Shown: piece by piece, positions 31,236-32,000 of the stretch
Layout: each line of letters starts with the position of its first letter
Position numbering within the stretch: the stretch's first letter is position 1
Assembly (NCBI GenBank): GCA_965250005.1
Contig: OZ252279.1
Span: 1,410,001 to 1,442,000, forward strand
DNA length: 32,000 bases
Reading direction: 5' to 3'
Source of the DNA: Demequinaceae bacterium
GTDB lineage: Bacteria; Actinomycetota; Actinomycetes; Actinomycetales; Demequinaceae
Notes under the pieces: generated by a model
Seen by the model: the letters and a program-made list of their open reading frames with translations, nothing else
Told to the model about the DNA's origin: nothing
The model's database searches: none
Made by a program: the position numbers and the translations under genes

Positions 31236-32000
31236 ATGAACGCGGAAAACCCGGCCAACCCGGGACCGACGGAGGCGTTCCAGCCCCCGCCAGCTCGCCC
31301 GGTGGCCCCGGCACCGACACAACCCGTTGCTGGCGCGCCTGCGCAGTTCCCTCCGAGCGTCCGACCGACCGCGCAACAGCCATCGCAACAGCAACCGGTG
31401 GCGAGCGCTGCGGGCCAGCAAGGCACCGGGGGCGCCGCGCGACCCCCCGCACAACGGCCGGCGCACCCCGGCACACCTCAAGTCGCACCCCCGCCTCCGC
31501 AGGCCGCTCCGGCCACCGGGGCGCAGCCAGCCCCAGCGCCTAGGACGGGCGCGATTCAGCCGTCACGCACGCAGCCGGTACCCGCCGCCCAGCCGGGCAA
31601 GCCCGCGCAACCGACACCCGGCGCACAACCGACGACAACCCAGACCGGAACCGGGCCGCGACGCGCGACGTTTAAGACCACGGGATCAATTAGGACAACG
31701 CAGGCCGAGGTCAAGGAAGAGCCCAAGAAGAGCCGGTTTGCCGCGCTGGCGAACCTGGGCCGCGGCGACAAACAGGACGTGACCGACACTGAACCCAAGC
31801 GTTCTCCCAAGGGTGGACCCCGCAAGGTTCGCGTGATGGTGAGGAGCGTCGACCCGTGGTCGATCATGAAACTCGCGTTCCTGCTCGCGGTCTCTGCGGG
31901 AATCATGTTCGTGGTTGCCGTGAGTATCGTTTGGGGCGTACTCAACAATATGGGCGTGTTCGACCAGATTCAGGAGCAAATCACGACGCTCTTTGGCGGC
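31236..32000 (+). CDS. Proline/glutamine-rich membrane protein, probable DUF3566 family, truncated at the window edge
   Basis: ATG at 31236 after GAGGAG; MNAENPANPGPTEAFQPPPARPVAPAPTQPVAG... low-complexity N-terminus, then PRKVRVMVRSVDPWSIMKLAFLLAVSAGIMFVVAVSIVWGVLNNMGVFDQIQEQITTLFGG, the DUF3566 pattern. Its place downstream of gyrA is common in actinobacteria. Confidence 0.85.
   Translation, partial: MNAENPANPGPTEAFQPPPARPVAPAPTQPVAGAPAQFPPSVRPTAQQPSQQQPVASAAGQQGTGGAARPPAQRPAHPGTPQVAPPPPQAAPATGAQPAPAPRTGAIQPSRTQPVPAAQPGKPAQPTPGAQPTTTQTGTGPRRATFKTTGSIRTTQAEVKEEPKKSRFAALANLGRGDKQDVTDTEPKRSPKGGPRKVRVMVRSVDPWSIMKLAFLLAVSAGIMFVVAVSIVWGVLNNMGVFDQIQEQITTLFGG

Overview
This 32 kb window is the replication-origin region of a high-GC actinobacterial chromosome, with a dense and largely conserved gene order. 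From left to right it holds: a truncated LysE-type exporter, an acyltransferase-3 family protein and a DUF805 protein (all -); an MFS transporter (+); CCA-adding enzyme (-); NUDIX hydrolase, a large secreted/anchored protein (probably DUF6049 family), MurJ, a separately encoded degenerate kinase-like protein, a TrxB-TrxA fusion, a PLP aminotransferase and a D-Ala-D-Ala ligase-like ATP-grasp protein (all +); then parB, parA, rsmG, jag/R3H, yidC, yidD, rnpA and rpmH (all -). After the origin come dnaA, dnaN, recF, a DUF721/DciA protein, gyrB, gyrA, a SulP transporter and a truncated proline/glutamine-rich DUF3566-like membrane protein (all +). The dnaA-dnaN gap looks like oriC. It has tandem DnaA boxes (TTATCCACA-GTATCCACA) followed by a TTACTACTACTA run that resembles a DnaA-trio. 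Two parS-like palindromes lie in the parA-rsmG-jag region. Other non-coding signals are a match to the SigR/SigH-type oxidative-stress promoter (GGGAAC-N18-GTT) over an inverted repeat upstream of the trxB-trxA fusion, and a perfect 18-bp palindrome between gyrA and sulP. I found no CRISPR array, defence island, transposon, prophage, biosynthetic cluster or tRNA/rRNA gene. The best leads are regulatory or architectural variants, not a new multi-gene system.
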